Origin: Macrostomum lignano
Taxonomy: Eukaryota
DNA: 64,000 nt
Direction of reading: 5' to 3'
NCBI GenBank assembly: GCA_002269645.1
Contig: NIVC01001980.1
Coordinates: forward strand, 77,879-141,878
Position 1 is the stretch's first letter; every line of letters begins with the position of its first letter. This document shows positions 50,301 through 63,059 of the stretch, piece after piece. The position numbers and the translations under genes were made by a program. The notes under the pieces were generated by a model. The model did no database searches. It was not told the DNA's origin and saw only the letters and a program-made list of their open reading frames with translations.

Positions 50301-53300
50301 CTAGGAGCTCCGCACGGACACTCTGTCCGCAGCTGAGCAACAGCTGCACCGCTGCTGCAGTCGCCCACAGACCCGTCGCCAACACCGGCCGAAGTCGCTG
50401 GCCATTGTCAGCATGCCCAAGAAGGTGGCGGAAGCAACGGCAAAGGAGCCCAACGCCAGGTGCATCACAGAGGCCGGGCCAGCCGCAGGCGACACCAGCA
50501 GATAGCCGGCCAGAGGCGGCAGGGCGGACATGCCAGTTGGCCGCCGATCAGCCAGCTGCAGGCGACGGGGCCGGCCACCGGCAGCCGCTGCTCCAGCCAG
50601 GTGACGCCTGTGGCGTACAGAACGGAGACGGCCAGGCCGAAGGCGGCCGTGCCGGCGAAGGCCAGCCAGGTGACTCGGACAGGCTCAGAGTGGCCAGGGC
50701 TGCCAGGCAGGCGACCAGGTGCGCCAGCAGGATGCCGGTCGGCCGGGCCCAGCGGGAGACGACAACGCCGAGGCCGCGGCCGACTAGAAAGCCGGCAAAG
50801 AAGGCGGCCTGCAGGGCGGCGGCGCCGCGCGCGCTGAGCTGGAGGCCCGGGGCGCAGCTGGCGTAGGCGCCACCGAACGACCAGAAGATGTTCTCGCCGC
50901 CGACAGACGCGAAGTAGAAGGCCGCGGTAAGAACCACCAGGCAGCGGCGTCGCCAGGCGGGCAGTGGCGGCGGGCGGAGCGGCGCCTCGGCTTCCAGAGG
51001 AATCGGTGGCGGACTCGGCGGCACCGGGGCCGGCAGGACAGCGGGCTGGCGGGGGAGGAGCGCCAGCAGCAGCAGCCCGACGGACGCGGCAGCCTGAAGT
51101 GCCGCCAACACCGAGTACGGAGTGACCAGCAGCAGAGGAGCGGCTGTCGCTCCGCCGCCAACTGTCGACGCCGGGCTGGTCGAAGTGGCGAGCGCTGGTG
51201 TCTTCAAGTTGTGCCACCGAGTAGCGGATTGGTTCGAGGCGCCGCTTCCGACTCGACCGCAGGCGCTTTCGCTACTTTCCCACGCCTGCTGCTCTTCGTC
51301 TATGGGTGGCTCTGTGGCATCGTTGGCGGCGAGGAACGGGTGCAGCATCAGCGGCGCGATGAGGCCGCCGAGTGCGGTGCAGAAGTGCAGCGAGTGCAGG
51401 ATCGGGCGCGACTGCAGCGAACCGAGCAGGCGGATCACCAAGATGCCATTGGCTGACAGAGAAGTTGAGGGGGTTTCTGTGCATTGAGTTTGTGTTTCTA
51501 ATCTCTAAACTTAGCTTGAATCTCTAAGGGCCAGTGGGTTTTACAAGCTGCAGCTACCCAGGGATCGGCAGTTTTGCTAATCTAGCTCATAATTCTGTGC
51601 CAGGTGAGAAAAGAAAGGAAATGGAATCGAGGAGAGAGAAGAGAGGAAGGGTGAGAGGAGAGAGGAGAGAAGAGAGGAGAGGCCACAGAGACGAGTGAGG
51701 GGATGAGATGAAAGATGGGATGATGGAAAAGATGGGAGAGAGGAGATAAGAGGAGATAATGGAGGAGAGAGACCAGAGAAGAGGGGAGTGAAGGAAGAGG
51801 AGAGAAGAGAGAGGAGGAAGAAATGAGAGAAGAGAAGGGAGAAGAGAAGAGAAGAGAAGAGAAGAGAAGAGAAGAGAAGAGAAGAGAAGAGAAGAGAGAA
51901 GAAAGAGAAGAGAAGAGAAGAGAAGAGAAGAGAAGAGAAGAGAAGAGAAGAGAAGAGAAGAGAAGAGAAGAGAAGAGAAGAGAAGAGAAGAGAAGAGAAG
52001 AGAAGAGAAGAGAAGAGAAGAGAAGAGAAGAGAAGAGAAGAGAAGAGAAGGGAGGAGAGAAGAGGGAAGGGAGGTAGAGAGAGAAGAGAAGAGATAGGAG
52101 AGAAGAGAGAAGAGAGGAGAGAAGAGAGAAGAGAGAAGAGAGAAGAGAAGAGGGAGGAGAGAAGAGAGAAGAGAGAAGAGAGAATAGAGGAGAGAAGAGA
52201 GAAGAGAGAAGAGAGAAGAGAGAAGAGAGAAGAGAAGAGAGAAGAGAGAAAAGAGAAGATAGAAGAGAGAAGAGAAGAGAGAGGAGAGAAGAGAGAAGAG
52301 AGAGAGAGAGAGAGAGAGAAGAGAGAAGAGAGAAGAGAGAGGAGAAGAGAGAAGAGAGAAGAGAGAAGAGAGAAGAGAGAAGAGAGAAGAGAGAAGAGAA
52401 GAGAGAAGAGAGAAGAGAAGAGAGGGGAGAGAAGAGAGAAGAGAGCTGAGAAGAGAGAAGAGAGCTGAGAAGAGACACAGACCTTGAGCGGGCCGAATTT
52501 CTGTTGTAAAATTTCAAAGGACCCGATGGCCGGGGCGTAGTTTGGGAAGGTACGGGGTAACGCTCCTCAAAAAATGGCTCTTGTTGACGGCTACCTGCGC
52601 CCCTGATGCCAGGACGAGTGACGGCAATTTTGCAAGCTCTTTGTTTATTCACTCGTTTTTGAATCGCCAATGACATCGCTTCCAGTTCTGAATCTACCTG
52701 GTACTTGAACTACTCCATACGATACCAAAATACGCCACAAACACAAATCAATCAGCCAGCCAGTTCACTGCACCGGTCTCGAGGGCTCCGTGTCCGGCGC
52801 CAAGCAGTCCGGCCAGGCTGAGCGCCAGAGCGCAGCTGCGCGCCAACGACGCGCCGAGCATGGCGCCGGCGCTAACCAGATTTCCAGCGGCCAGAAAAGC
52901 CGGCCGGGCCAGGCGGCTGCTGTCCGGCAGCCGGTTGAACACGAAGCCGGTCAGCAGTGCCAGCAGGCAGGCCGCGGCAGACTTGGCCGTGAACCAGAAT
53001 CCCATGTCGCTGAGGCCGACGCCCACCTGCCTGGCCAGGTGCATCAGGCTGCTGCCCGGCAGAGCGTTGGCCATGCCGATGCAGATGTGACTGAGGCACA
53101 GCAGGGCCAGCAGCGGCCAGTGCAGCCGCAGCACTACTGCGAACTGAGTGAGGGGCGTTAGCGGTTTTGCAGCTGCAGCTGGGCTGCACTTTTTAACTTT
53201 GGAAGTGAAGGGGTAGAAAGGGAAGGGAAGCGAAGGGAATTGAAGGGAAGGGAAGGGAAGGGAAGGAAAGGGAAGAGAAGGGAAGAGAAAGGAAGGGAAG

Positions 53301-53618
53301 GGAAGGGAAGGGAAGGGAAAGGAAGAAAGTAGAAGTGGGGTTCCACCTCAAACTTAAAAGCCTTCAATGGTTTTCCAGCAGGCGAATGAATGAAAATGCT
53401 GTACAGTTTGTCAGTACAGTTGAGTTCTTGGCAGCGGCGCAGCATCTCACCTTGACTGCCACCGAGTCGATAGAGGCGACCGGACTCGGAAGCTGCTGTG
53501 CGCCATCAGTTGGGATCCCGTTGCCAAGCAACTCTTCTTTGCCAACGCCCGCCTCTTTGTTACTGCAGGTTTCGTCTGTCGGCTGTCGTTCCGGCGGCTT
53601 CTCTTCGATTGGCAGCAT
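50301..53618 (-). CDS. MFS transporter, MFSD4/NaGLT1-like; exons 53618-53451, 53188-52774, 51452-50301, with two 1-nt frameshifts in exon 3
   Basis: GMANALPGSSLMHLA; GAGHGALET(A)NGILVIRLLG..PILHSLHFCTALGGLIAPL; FYFASVGGE..F; FAGFLVGRGLG; LYATGVTWLEQRLPVAG. The exon 2 acceptor is weak and uncertain. Confidence 0.82.
51620..52478. repeat. (GAGAA)n purine-rich simple repeat in MFS intron 2
   Basis: Direct reading. Confidence 0.95.
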
Positions 53619-53945
53619 TGCTCTGCAAGCAATGCGCCTTACATACTACTGTTGCACTCCGGTTCGACAGTAGATTGGCTGCGCAACGGAAACCATCCTA
53701 AAGTTATTTAAAAAATTTGATCTTATATCCAACTTTGATAAGATTTCAATTAATATTTTACATTCTTTTTAAGCAGTTTTTGCAGTAATGTTAGCCCCAG
53801 ACAGAGGCTCTATCGAGTTGAGGAAGTTAAAGTAGCCTACGAGCGTACATATGTATACTCGTGCGCATATTCTTCATCTGCGAAATATGTCTGTGGTCGC
53901 TATTCCCCAAAATCTGAAGAACATGTTTCCTTAATGAATTATATA

Positions 53946-54478
53946 CCTTTTTGCGATCTAGTTTGCCAAAACTAGAGTCATGACCAGAGTTTCAGCCACA
54001 GACAACTCTTTGAAAACTGCAATCAGTTTTGCCCAAACTGCGATCTAGTTTGCCCATAGCAAAGAAAACACCACAGACATACATAGCAAGATCAAAGAAT
54101 GGCCCAGCGTGAACCTTACAACAGGATTTCAGCAAAGGACCGGCAGCGATTGATTCAAGCATATCAGGGTGGAGAGGACTGGCAAGATTTCGGTAGGCTG
54201 TTGGGCATCTCACGAAGAAACGTGACTTACATAGTTGGACAATTCAACGCAACCGGTCGTATAGAGCCTCTGCCTCGCGGAGGTGCCAAGCGGAGGTCCC
54301 TTAACAATGCTATGATTGAGAGCATTTGTGCCTACGTCTACCATTATAAACTCGCTGTTTATTGTTCACTGTTACAGTTTATTTCGTCACACTTCCGAAT
54401 TGATTCTCAATAAAAATCCTTCTTGGCTTGCTATGGGCAAACTAGGTCGCAGTTTTGGCAAACTAGATCGCAAAAAGG
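53946..54478 (+). mobile_element. Internally deleted Tc1/IS630-like element keeping the transposase N-terminal HTH (54099-54413)
   Basis: TA|CCTTTTTGCGATCTAGTTTGCCAAAACT ... reverse complement|TA, with inner repeats at about 54037 and 54428. ORF MAQREPYNRISAKDRQRLIQAY..GRLLGISRRNVTYIVGQFNATGRIEPLPRGG. Confidence 0.82.
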
Positions 54479-54817
54479 TATATTAGCTAATGAAGTTTAT
54501 AAGTATACGAACGAGGGTTGTGTCGTGATTTCGGTGAACAAAAATAGACTGCACTGCATAGTTTGCCTTTCAGCTGCACACACCTAATAGTGCCGTCTCT
54601 CTGGCAGCTTGCTGATCCCGTCATGCCAAGAAACTCTGTGGGGCAGGTCTAGCTAATAGGGTAGGTACGGCACCAGCTTGTATCCCAAGTGTCCGACAGG
54701 TGTACATCTAGCGTCTGCACGCAAGGACCAACTAGAAGTTACCGTTGCATCTGCATGTACTTAAATATTGCAAAAAAGGTTGCAAGTTGCAAGGTTGCAT
54801 GAAACTCATGTAGGAAC

Positions 54818-55420
54818 TGATGGATCAAGCTAAAGGATTGATGGATCAAGCTAAAGGATTGATGGATCAAGCTAAAGGATTGATGGATCAAGCTAAAGGA
54901 TTGATGGATCAAGCTAAAGGATTGATGGATCAAGCTAAAGGATTGATGGATCAAGCTAAAGGATTGATGGATCAAGCTAAAGGATTGATGGATCAAGCTA
55001 AAGGATTGATGGATCAAGCTAAAGGATTGATGGATCAAGCTAAAGGATTGATGGATCAAGCTAAAGGATTGATGGATCAAGCTAAAGGATTGATGGATCA
55101 AGCTAAAGGATTGATGGATCAAGCTAAAGGATTGATGGATCAAGCTAAAGGATTGATGGATCAAGCTAAAGGATTGATGGATCAAGCTAAAGGATTGATG
55201 GATCAAGCTAAAGGATTGATGGATCAAGCTTCAGGAACTGATGAATCAAGCTTTAGGAATTGATGGATCAAGCTTTATGAACTGATGAATCAAGCTGCAG
55301 GAACTGATGAATCAAGCTTCAGGAACTGATGAATCAAGCTTCAGGAACTGATGAATCAAGCTTCAGGAACTGATTAATCAAGCTTCAGGAACTGATGAAT
55401 CAAGCTTCAGGAACTGATGG
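54818..55420. repeat. 21-bp minisatellite (GATGGATCAAGCTAAAGGATT)n grading into a 22-bp variant
   Basis: Direct reading. Confidence 0.95.
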
Positions 55421-55734
55421 ATCTCTGCAAATATTGCCATATTACGAGTGATGCATCCTGACACAACGGTAGCTTCTAGTTGTCTTTGTCTGCACATCTG
55501 TCAGCAGCTTTGGCACCGGCAAAACAGAGAAAAGCATTATTTTTCCCTAGTGAGCTGCCCGCATTTGTCAGCGAGCCTATGAAACAACTCTCGTAATTAC
55601 CCCAATTAGGAATTCTAAATCTAGCAACTGGAATGGCAACTGAAATATCAGCTATACAAGATGAGGCCAAGATTAGAGATCGCAAGCGTGCGACGTAAAC
55701 ACAGAGTATTTAAAAAGAAGGATCGTATTCGTAT

Positions 55735-56326
55735 ATCATTTCAACTCGTTTGGCTAGGTAAATCTCGTCGATCAATAACACCACTGTCGTCTCATAGGCA
55801 TGTAGTCGGTTGTAGCACAATTTGAGATAGTCGGAGTTGTCCAGACCTGTAGACCCCATCCTCCTTGTTAATTTTCGAAGGACATTAACTGATGGCAGTA
55901 TTAGCGATTTGGTCTCCAGAAGCCGCTGATAAGCTGCCGGACTCACAGAAAACAGAATATAAGAGAAAACGATCAACTCAACGATTTTTTGTGAAACATG
56001 ATGGCATGCTGGTCGTGCTGTATTGTGGGAACTGCATCTTCTATTAATCTTCTTTTTACAAGATTGGCACCTTCTTCGTGCTGTTTCTTTTTCCGATATG
56101 CATTGCTGTCCTGATTCTCAGTAATAAAATCTGATTCCGTGAAGTGAAGAGAGCAAATTCGAGTGTGCTTCGATGGCTTGAAATTTGCTTCTCAGGAAAT
56201 GCTCTTCAACCATTTTTCCAGCAGGTCGTCTCGATTCGGAAACGTGTGGAATGAAATCCTCGCTGACCGTGCCGTTGCCGACTCGCTGCCGGACTTGCAG
56301 CCAAAAACGGCGCATTTATTTGGCAT
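55735..56326 (-). pseudogene. THAP9/P-element-type transposase pseudogene (THAP domain plus start of the core)
   Basis: MPNKCAVFGCKSG..FHTFP..EKWLKSIS*..RICSLHF..(frameshift)RLIEDAVPTI, then SPAAYQRLL..LILPSVNVL..VVLLIDEIYLAKRVE. Confidence 0.85.
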
Positions 56327-57014
56327 GCAGAGGACTCAAAACTTCTGCAGAGGACGCAGAGACTTGGCTTCAGGAAAGTCACTCTGGCAAATTAGTGCTT
56401 ACAGGCTAAAACAAAATAAGGCGAGCGAAGCTGATTCTTCATAGTGGCAATCTAAGTTGATGCGGCAAGCAAAATCCTATGTCTGTGGCAATCGCAGTAA
56501 GCATTGTTTAGCAATTTGACGATCATTATTCACATTTTTAATGCAGAACAATCCATTACTACAAACAATGCATTGTCTGTAGGATCGTCAAACAGAAAAA
56601 CAATGCAAAGAATCAGCGGTCGCAGCACGTGACAACGATTTGTCTATGGCTCGCGCCTACCGGCGCTCGCCAGACCATCGTTGTCACGCACTGGGACCGC
56701 TGATTATTTATCCATTATCTTGTATAAAGAAGTCCTCACCGCTATTTCAGTTGTCATTCCAGTAGGATATAGAATTCCTTGACTTTGTGGTCGAAAATTG
56801 AATACAGGGAAATCAAGTTGAATTCCTTCAGTGTCTATGGCAGAAAGACCTCTAGTTCTCACTTAAGTTGCTTGAATTTCCTTCCTATAATCTTTTTCTG
56901 TTCCTTTGAACTTTTGGTATCTATGTCAAAGGAGGCTTCATGCTTCACTTTACACCGCTATGAAAGTGTACACCAGTCCTGAAAATTGATGCATTGCAAT
57001 ACTGCTAATAGCAC

Positions 57015-58571
57015 CACAGAACATACACAGAATGGCGAATCGGCAGTTCTCTATGAAAGCGAAAATAAATGCGATTGCACTACTAACGTTGTGAAGCTGA
57101 TAAGTAGCTGCGATTTTTTAAACGCAAAGTTGAATGTAAAAGTTGAGCTCAAGACAGCCTTTGAAAGCTCTGAATCATCGTTTTGACGCTGCAGATGAAT
57201 GCTGCGCCATCATTGTAATTAATTTGTTCAAACGGTGCGTGCGCAAAGTCATGAGCAGTAGTAAGAACTGTTATAACCTCATTGCCATGTACATGTAAGC
57301 TAAAAAACAAAAGTAACAAACATATAACAGCAGGTTAAGTTTTAGCGCTGCACGCAAGGCAGGAAATGCCAGACTCAACAGAAATAGCAAATCTCATGCA
57401 ATCACACTCATCCTCTTGAACTTCCTCGATTGCTCATTGCAAAATGCTCGCCCGCGCTTTCTCTCCTGAGCCGCAATCCTGCGCCCATTGCACCAATGGT
57501 GCAAGCGCAGCCTCGAGAACAGCCTCACAATGCCCATCACGCATCTCTCTGAGTGCTCAGCGCAATGAGTCGCAATAATTGGCCTGATGCAATCGGCCAA
57601 TAATTTGCTGATTCTGTGTGACACAACAGCATGCATGAACTCTGTCACTTCCAGCAATTTGAATTGGCGTTCCATCTCAGTGACAGCTCTGATAACTGCT
57701 CTGCTTGGGGTGGCTAAGCTGTCATCCCGCTTGCACTTCAGTCGCAGGAAGAGTGTCCGAATTGCTTTCCCTTCAGTTCCTGCTGGAACACCTTACACTT
57801 GCACTCAGTTTTAAAGAAGCGGAACAGCAACCAACCGCCGACATTTGCGCACTTCTCGTGATCTAAGTCATCCGATGTAGCAAAGAGCTCATCACCTGCT
57901 TCCGTGAGATCTGAGTCACAAGTGTTGCCCCGCAGGTGGACTGGATCTGGAGCTTCTTGCCTCACTGCAGCCTTGGATGCTCTCTGGCTGCTGAAAACCG
58001 GTGAAATCTAGTGCCCGGCGGCCACTTGCCGGCGTAGTTGGGGCATCCGTACGCAGCGCACTGAAGCCTCGAAGCAGACGCAGTCATGCGAAAACAGTAT
58101 CACAATAAGCTGCGTATTAAAACTCTAGCAGATATGCCTTCGGTATTACATGTAGCACTTTTGAAGCCAGACCTAGCTTCAGCAGCACCAGCCTGGGCCA
58201 TAGAGAATGCAATATAGCAAAGACAGGCTAGCGCGATCAATAATGCATTTGACCTGCATGCTTTCACGCCACGAGCTCGTGCTTGAACGCCCAAGGCATG
58301 CTGTCTATGGCAATAACTTAAAGCGCAGCAGAAGGCAGGGCCAGCCTTAAGGTAGTTTCTAAAAATAGCACAGTTTAGAAGGGGGTGGGTTGGTTCATCA
58401 AGCCTTCCTATATTCTGTGGGACAAACCCGCAATAAATGGCAAAGAATTGGTAAAGTGCCATTCAGCCTACTTAGTTTCTCTTCACAACAAGAGTAGCCA
58501 GTATAGAATATCATTCTTGTGCAAGAAATTTTCTCAAAATGCGGGATTCGCCATTCTGTGTATATTCTGTG
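57015..58571 (-). mobile_element. Internally deleted P-superfamily element with 27-bp TIRs and 8-bp TSD
   Basis: AATAGCAC|CACAGAACATACACAGAATGGCGAATC ... GATTCGCCATTCTGTGTATATTCTGTG|AATAGCAC. THAP start CAAYGCPNY..TRFHRF is joined to a transposase C-terminal remnant (VGGWLL..CKC; LATPSRAVI..EMERQF). Confidence 0.9.
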
Positions 58572-59084
58572 AATAGCACCGCGGGTTTAAGATTGCTCAA
58601 ATCAATATACAGTTGGACCCATTTAAAAATAGATTCGAAACATAGTTGTCCCGCGGAGCGACTAGCGGAATGTGAATCGGCCTTAACCAGTATTTGATGA
58701 CGGAGTGAACAAGCCTGTACTTGTACTGCATTGCAAACTCATCAATAAACTCATTTATTTAAAAGCATTTGAATTATAGAAAGTGCTGTATGCCATATTA
58801 TTTACCTGCTTAGGAAAGATGGTGTCAGACTCTGGAAAGCAGTGGCAAAAGTGCTTCTTGTCCGCTCTGTTTATAATTTTGCCCCAAGCTGCACGCACTT
58901 CAAGCCTAACAGAAATAGTCAAGTGTGCTTTAAAAGTTCTTTACAGCTGAGAACTTGTTTTTTGAGCTCGACGAGTCCACCTGGAGAGGGTGGGTATGAG
59001 GCAGAATCGTCAAGCTCTAATTGGGGACCTCGAGGGAGGGTACTCACACATCTGCAGCTCAATACGAATTGATCCATCAATTCC

Positions 59085-59848
59085 AGATGCTTGATTCATC
59101 AGTTCTGAAGCTTGATTTATAAGTTCCTTAAGCTTGATCCACCGGTTCCTTAAGCTTGATCCACCGGTTCCTTAAGCTTGATCCACCGGTTCCTTAAGCT
59201 TGATCCACCGGTTCCTTAAGCTTGATCCATCAGTTCATTAAGCTTGATCCATCAGTTCATTAAGCTTGATCCATCAGTTCATTAAGATTGATCCATCAGT
59301 TCCTTAAGCTTGATCCATCAGTTCATTAAGCTTGATCCATCAGTTCATTAAGCTTGATCCATCAGTTCATTAAGATTGTCCATCAGTTCCTTAAGCTTGA
59401 TCCATCAGTTCATTAAGCTTGATCCATCAGTTCATTAAGCTTGATCCATCAGTTCATTAAGCTTGATCCATCAGTTCATTAAGCTTGATCCATCAGTTCA
59501 TTAAGCTTGATCCATCAGTTCCTTAAGCTTGATCCATCAGTTCATTAAGCTTGATCCATCAGTTCATTAAGCTTGATCGATCAGTTCATTAAGCTTGATC
59601 CATCAGTTCATTAAGCTTGATCCATCAGTTCCTTAAGCTTGATCCATCAGTTCCTTAAGCTTGATTTATAAGTTCCTTAAGCTTGATCCTAGGATGACTT
59701 AAGCTCGATCCATCAGTCCTTTACCTAAGCTTGATCCATCAGTTCCTGAGCTTGATCCATCAGTTCCTAAGCTTGATCCATCAGTTCCTGAGCTTGATCC
59801 ATCAGTTCCTGAGCTTGATCCATCAGTTCCTAAAGCTTGATCCATCGT
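59085..59848. repeat. 22-bp minisatellite (AAGCTTGATCCATCAGTTCATT)n
   Basis: Direct reading; reverse-complement relative of 54818-55420. Confidence 0.95.
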
Positions 59849-60600
59849 TCCTTAATATTGATTAGTCGGTTTTTTAACAGCAGAAACAATTGTCTTTTCT
59901 TCAGTACCAAACATTTCAAACCAACCGGACTGTCGGTTGTGCACTCTCGGTCCAGTGGAGTAGACTTTAGTCTACGATACCATTAAATTAGTTTGGGGGA
60001 TGCAGTGCGCGGGTACAATGCGCCGATTTCCTCGCGTTATGCTAATTGCTAATAAGCAGCAAAACTCCAAATCAAATTAATACAAGATTTCGCATTGCTC
60101 GCATGGGACAATTCTTTAGTAATAGTGCAAACTGCACTTGTATATAACAGTTAAAACTTTTCCGAGAAAGCATTACACTCAATTCAAAAGCACTTAAGAA
60201 TTCAGAAGTTTGTCTACTGAAATTTCCGGACACTGTCCGAAAGTAAAACACTCCTCTTGCTCGTATGTTTGGTGATTTGCGGTCAAAAGAAACTGGAAGT
60301 TAAAAAAGAAACCTTCAAACTTCATCTGATCAAATCGCTTCGAGAGAATATTTATTTATGCCTTCTACTGACGAAAAAAATGTTGCAACTCATCAATGCA
60401 GAATATTTTCTCTTTTGCAGGAGCAACTCGAGCAAAATTAGGCTAAAAATATTACTATTCGAGCAGTTTAAAAACAGTTCGCAGAATTTCCTTATTAGCA
60501 AAGTCTGATTTATCAGAGGAAAATTAAAAAACGGCTTTGTGAACAATGAATAAATGCAGCAGTTGGGAATTTATTAGCCAGAGTCTTCGTCATCACGGCT

Positions 60601-60834
60601 TTACAGGCCAGTGCAGTCGACTCCCTTGGGCGGCTTGACCTGCCTCTTTTGGCTGTCGGCGCACACAGTGGCCAGCAGTACCTGGAATTCGGCGCCTCGT
60701 CTTACCATCCGGCGAGACTCGGGCAGGGCCATCGCCTCCGCGCCGAATGTCGCCGGCGGTGTCAGGGTGGTCAGCAGCAGGACGACGGTCGTCAGCACGA
60801 GAAGCGTCAGGTTCTTTCGGCTGGAGGTGGCCAT
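60601..60834 (-). CDS. 77-aa predicted secreted prepropeptide of unknown family
   Basis: GCCATGG start just after a TCTCAG acceptor; basic-hydrophobic signal-peptide-like N-terminus; RR/RR/KR sites; 2 Cys; AATAAA about 25 nt after the stop; GC-rich island in AT-rich DNA. Confidence 0.68.
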   Translation of the reverse strand: MATSSRKNLTLLVLTTVVLLLTTLTPPATFGAEAMALPESRRMVRRGAEFQVLLATVCADSQKRQVKPPKGVDCTGL

Positions 60835-61447
60835 GGCTGACTGAGACAATTCTTATAGGTAACACGACAGCGACGCAAAAACCTCGAGTATATTGAGTAA
60901 TATTTAATAGGGAACCGACAACAAAATGACTTTTTATTGCAGCGGAGGAGGGTGCTGGAGACTTTTGTTGATAAGAACAACAGTCAATTAATTAATAAAC
61001 AGCCTATGCGACGAAACTTCCAACACACAGGGGGCTCTGATTGGCTGGCCTTAGCAAGCTCACTTTGTCCGATTCCACCCACCCCCACGCTGGCCGCCCC
61101 TTTACACTCACTTATTCAATTCTCTGCCCCAAGTTTCCTACCCCCACCCCCTAGAATGAACGCTGTGAAAGCTCAGTGTACAGGCTCAGTGTGCGCATTG
61201 ACGCAGGCGGGCGAGGCTTCACAAAATCTGATTGGCTGGTGGGGAGATAAGTGACGAAAAGAATGATTTCACTGACTGAGTCACTGATAAAAGAGTTAGA
61301 GTGTTTGCGTGAATTGAGCATCTGGAGGGGTCAATAAAAGTACGCAATAAAAATATGTGAATATTCCATAAACATTAAATGTGTAACTGCATCGTAGCTG
61401 TTTCCTAGTCCTAGTTTCTCCATTTATTAACCAAATTGTTATAAATA

Positions 61448-61737
61448 TACTCAGCAACATTGAAAAGTCGCCACCCATTGCCCCAATGAGCAGTGTCTTT
61501 CGACCAGCGTCTATCACCTGGGCAATCATTTTGATGTGAAAAAAATGCTTGAAAAAACAATGAAAACCGGTCGGAAGCTTCAATCCACCCAATCTTCACC
61601 CTCTGCTCTTCCCAATACCTTCTCACCCAGTTACACTCTGCGTCACGTAACGCAACTTGTGTCACTCAAAAGTCAATACTTGAGCTAGAATTTACGGCGC
61701 ACTCTCAAAGGTGGCGACTATTTAATGTTGTTGAGTA
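61448..61737. mobile_element. Short MITE with about 30-bp TIRs and TA flanks
   Basis: TA|TACTCAGCAACATTGAAAAGTCGCCACC ... GGTGGCGACTATTTAATGTTGTTGAGTA|TA; a related end at about 62646-62678. Confidence 0.6.
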
Positions 61738-63059
61738 TACTTTCACCCATTATGGCTATTATTCCAGTTCCACAGTTACTACCCAATTTAAATTGGCGTG
61801 AGACAGCGTAAGAGGTGGGTTACCTGTTGCTTAACATAGTAACTGCGTCATTATTACGAAAGTTCCTTGCTATTGTGATTCGGATCGAACCATCGGGTTT
61901 TATAGTGTTTCTATTGTTTCTATTGTTGTTTCTATTGCTATTGTTTGTTTCTAAATAGACACTTTCTATTGTTTATTTGTTTCTATTTCTACAATAGCAC
62001 GAAACGCACGTGGCAGTAAAAACTCATGCCTGACGTGAACTCATGCGGTTTCATTATCCATATCCCTATCAATAATTTCCTGTCTCTGCTGCTCGAGTTC
62101 CTCGGAGCTCAAATCAAATCATTTTTGCTCAAATAAGGCGGCGGACGGGATCCGGGATGTGAGTAAGCAGCAGCCGCAGACTTGGGACCTCGCTCTCGCG
62201 TGCGACCGGAGGGATAAATGCCCCCCCCTGCCTAGTGGTTTTTTTCCCACCGCAAAGGATAGCAGTGACGCGCGGCCTTAGTCTGGGAGTAGGGCCGACT
62301 CTGCTTCCTTCATCTCGATATGAGAAGACTCAGTCAAGGAGATCTTGAGCTAGAAGCTGGATGCCAGGAAAAACTCTCATTTCCACAAACCATAGAGCTG
62401 CCTAAATTTTCAGTCAGCCTATGGCCTATGTGTGTTAAAAACGCACGGCAACCCGCTCGCTGTGAATGTCTATGGCCAAAAGCCTTTGATTCAGTGCAAA
62501 GCCATCAGACTGCTGCAGGCATATCAAAACAGTCAGATGAAAGAGTAATCTTTGATGCTCTAGATAAACTTTGAATAGATTTTCTGCGTTTTATGAGCTG
62601 ACTGCTGAAACCATTGATCGTTCTGCCCATGGACCCTTCGCGCAAGGGTGGACACTTTTCAATATTGCTGAGTGTATAAAAGTTCTATATTCCCCTGCAC
62701 AAGGGACAACTAAAGCAACGTATATACAGGACGCGACACTCGCGTTTCATAGAAAAAGTTTTGAAGGCCTCTTTTTCGCCGAAAAATGCACTACAGAGAT
62801 AGGAGTTTTCAAATGTTCACAAAACATTTTCCATAGATTTCGAGTGTTGCGTCCTTCTACTTTAGTAGTCCTTGATTCTGCATCGATTTGGGACATAACT
62901 AAAACTTGATCAGCCTAGTGGAACAATCTTTAGGCTATCTGGTATGTGCAAACTACATGTTGAGAAACCGATGACTCCAAATTCTAGCTCTAGATCTCCT
63001 TGGCTCGAGTCCGTGTCTCCGCCTCCGCATCCGGTATTTTGCTTCGAGTCGTGAGTGCT

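Noticed and set aside
51582-52676. 364-aa Leu/Ser/Phe-rich ORF
   Set aside because: (GAGAA)n repeat inside the MFS intron
54739-55263. (MDQAKGL)n and (IHQSFSL)n ORFs resembling repeat proteins
   Set aside because: 21-bp tandem repeat open on both strands, with no unique coding flanks or splice context
58660-58690. Harbinger-like end ATGTGAATCGGCC-TTAA
   Set aside because: No matching opposite end found in the window
60601-60834. Calling the small peptide an insulin-like peptide
   Set aside because: Only 2 Cys, and I found no A-chain exon downstream on the minus strand
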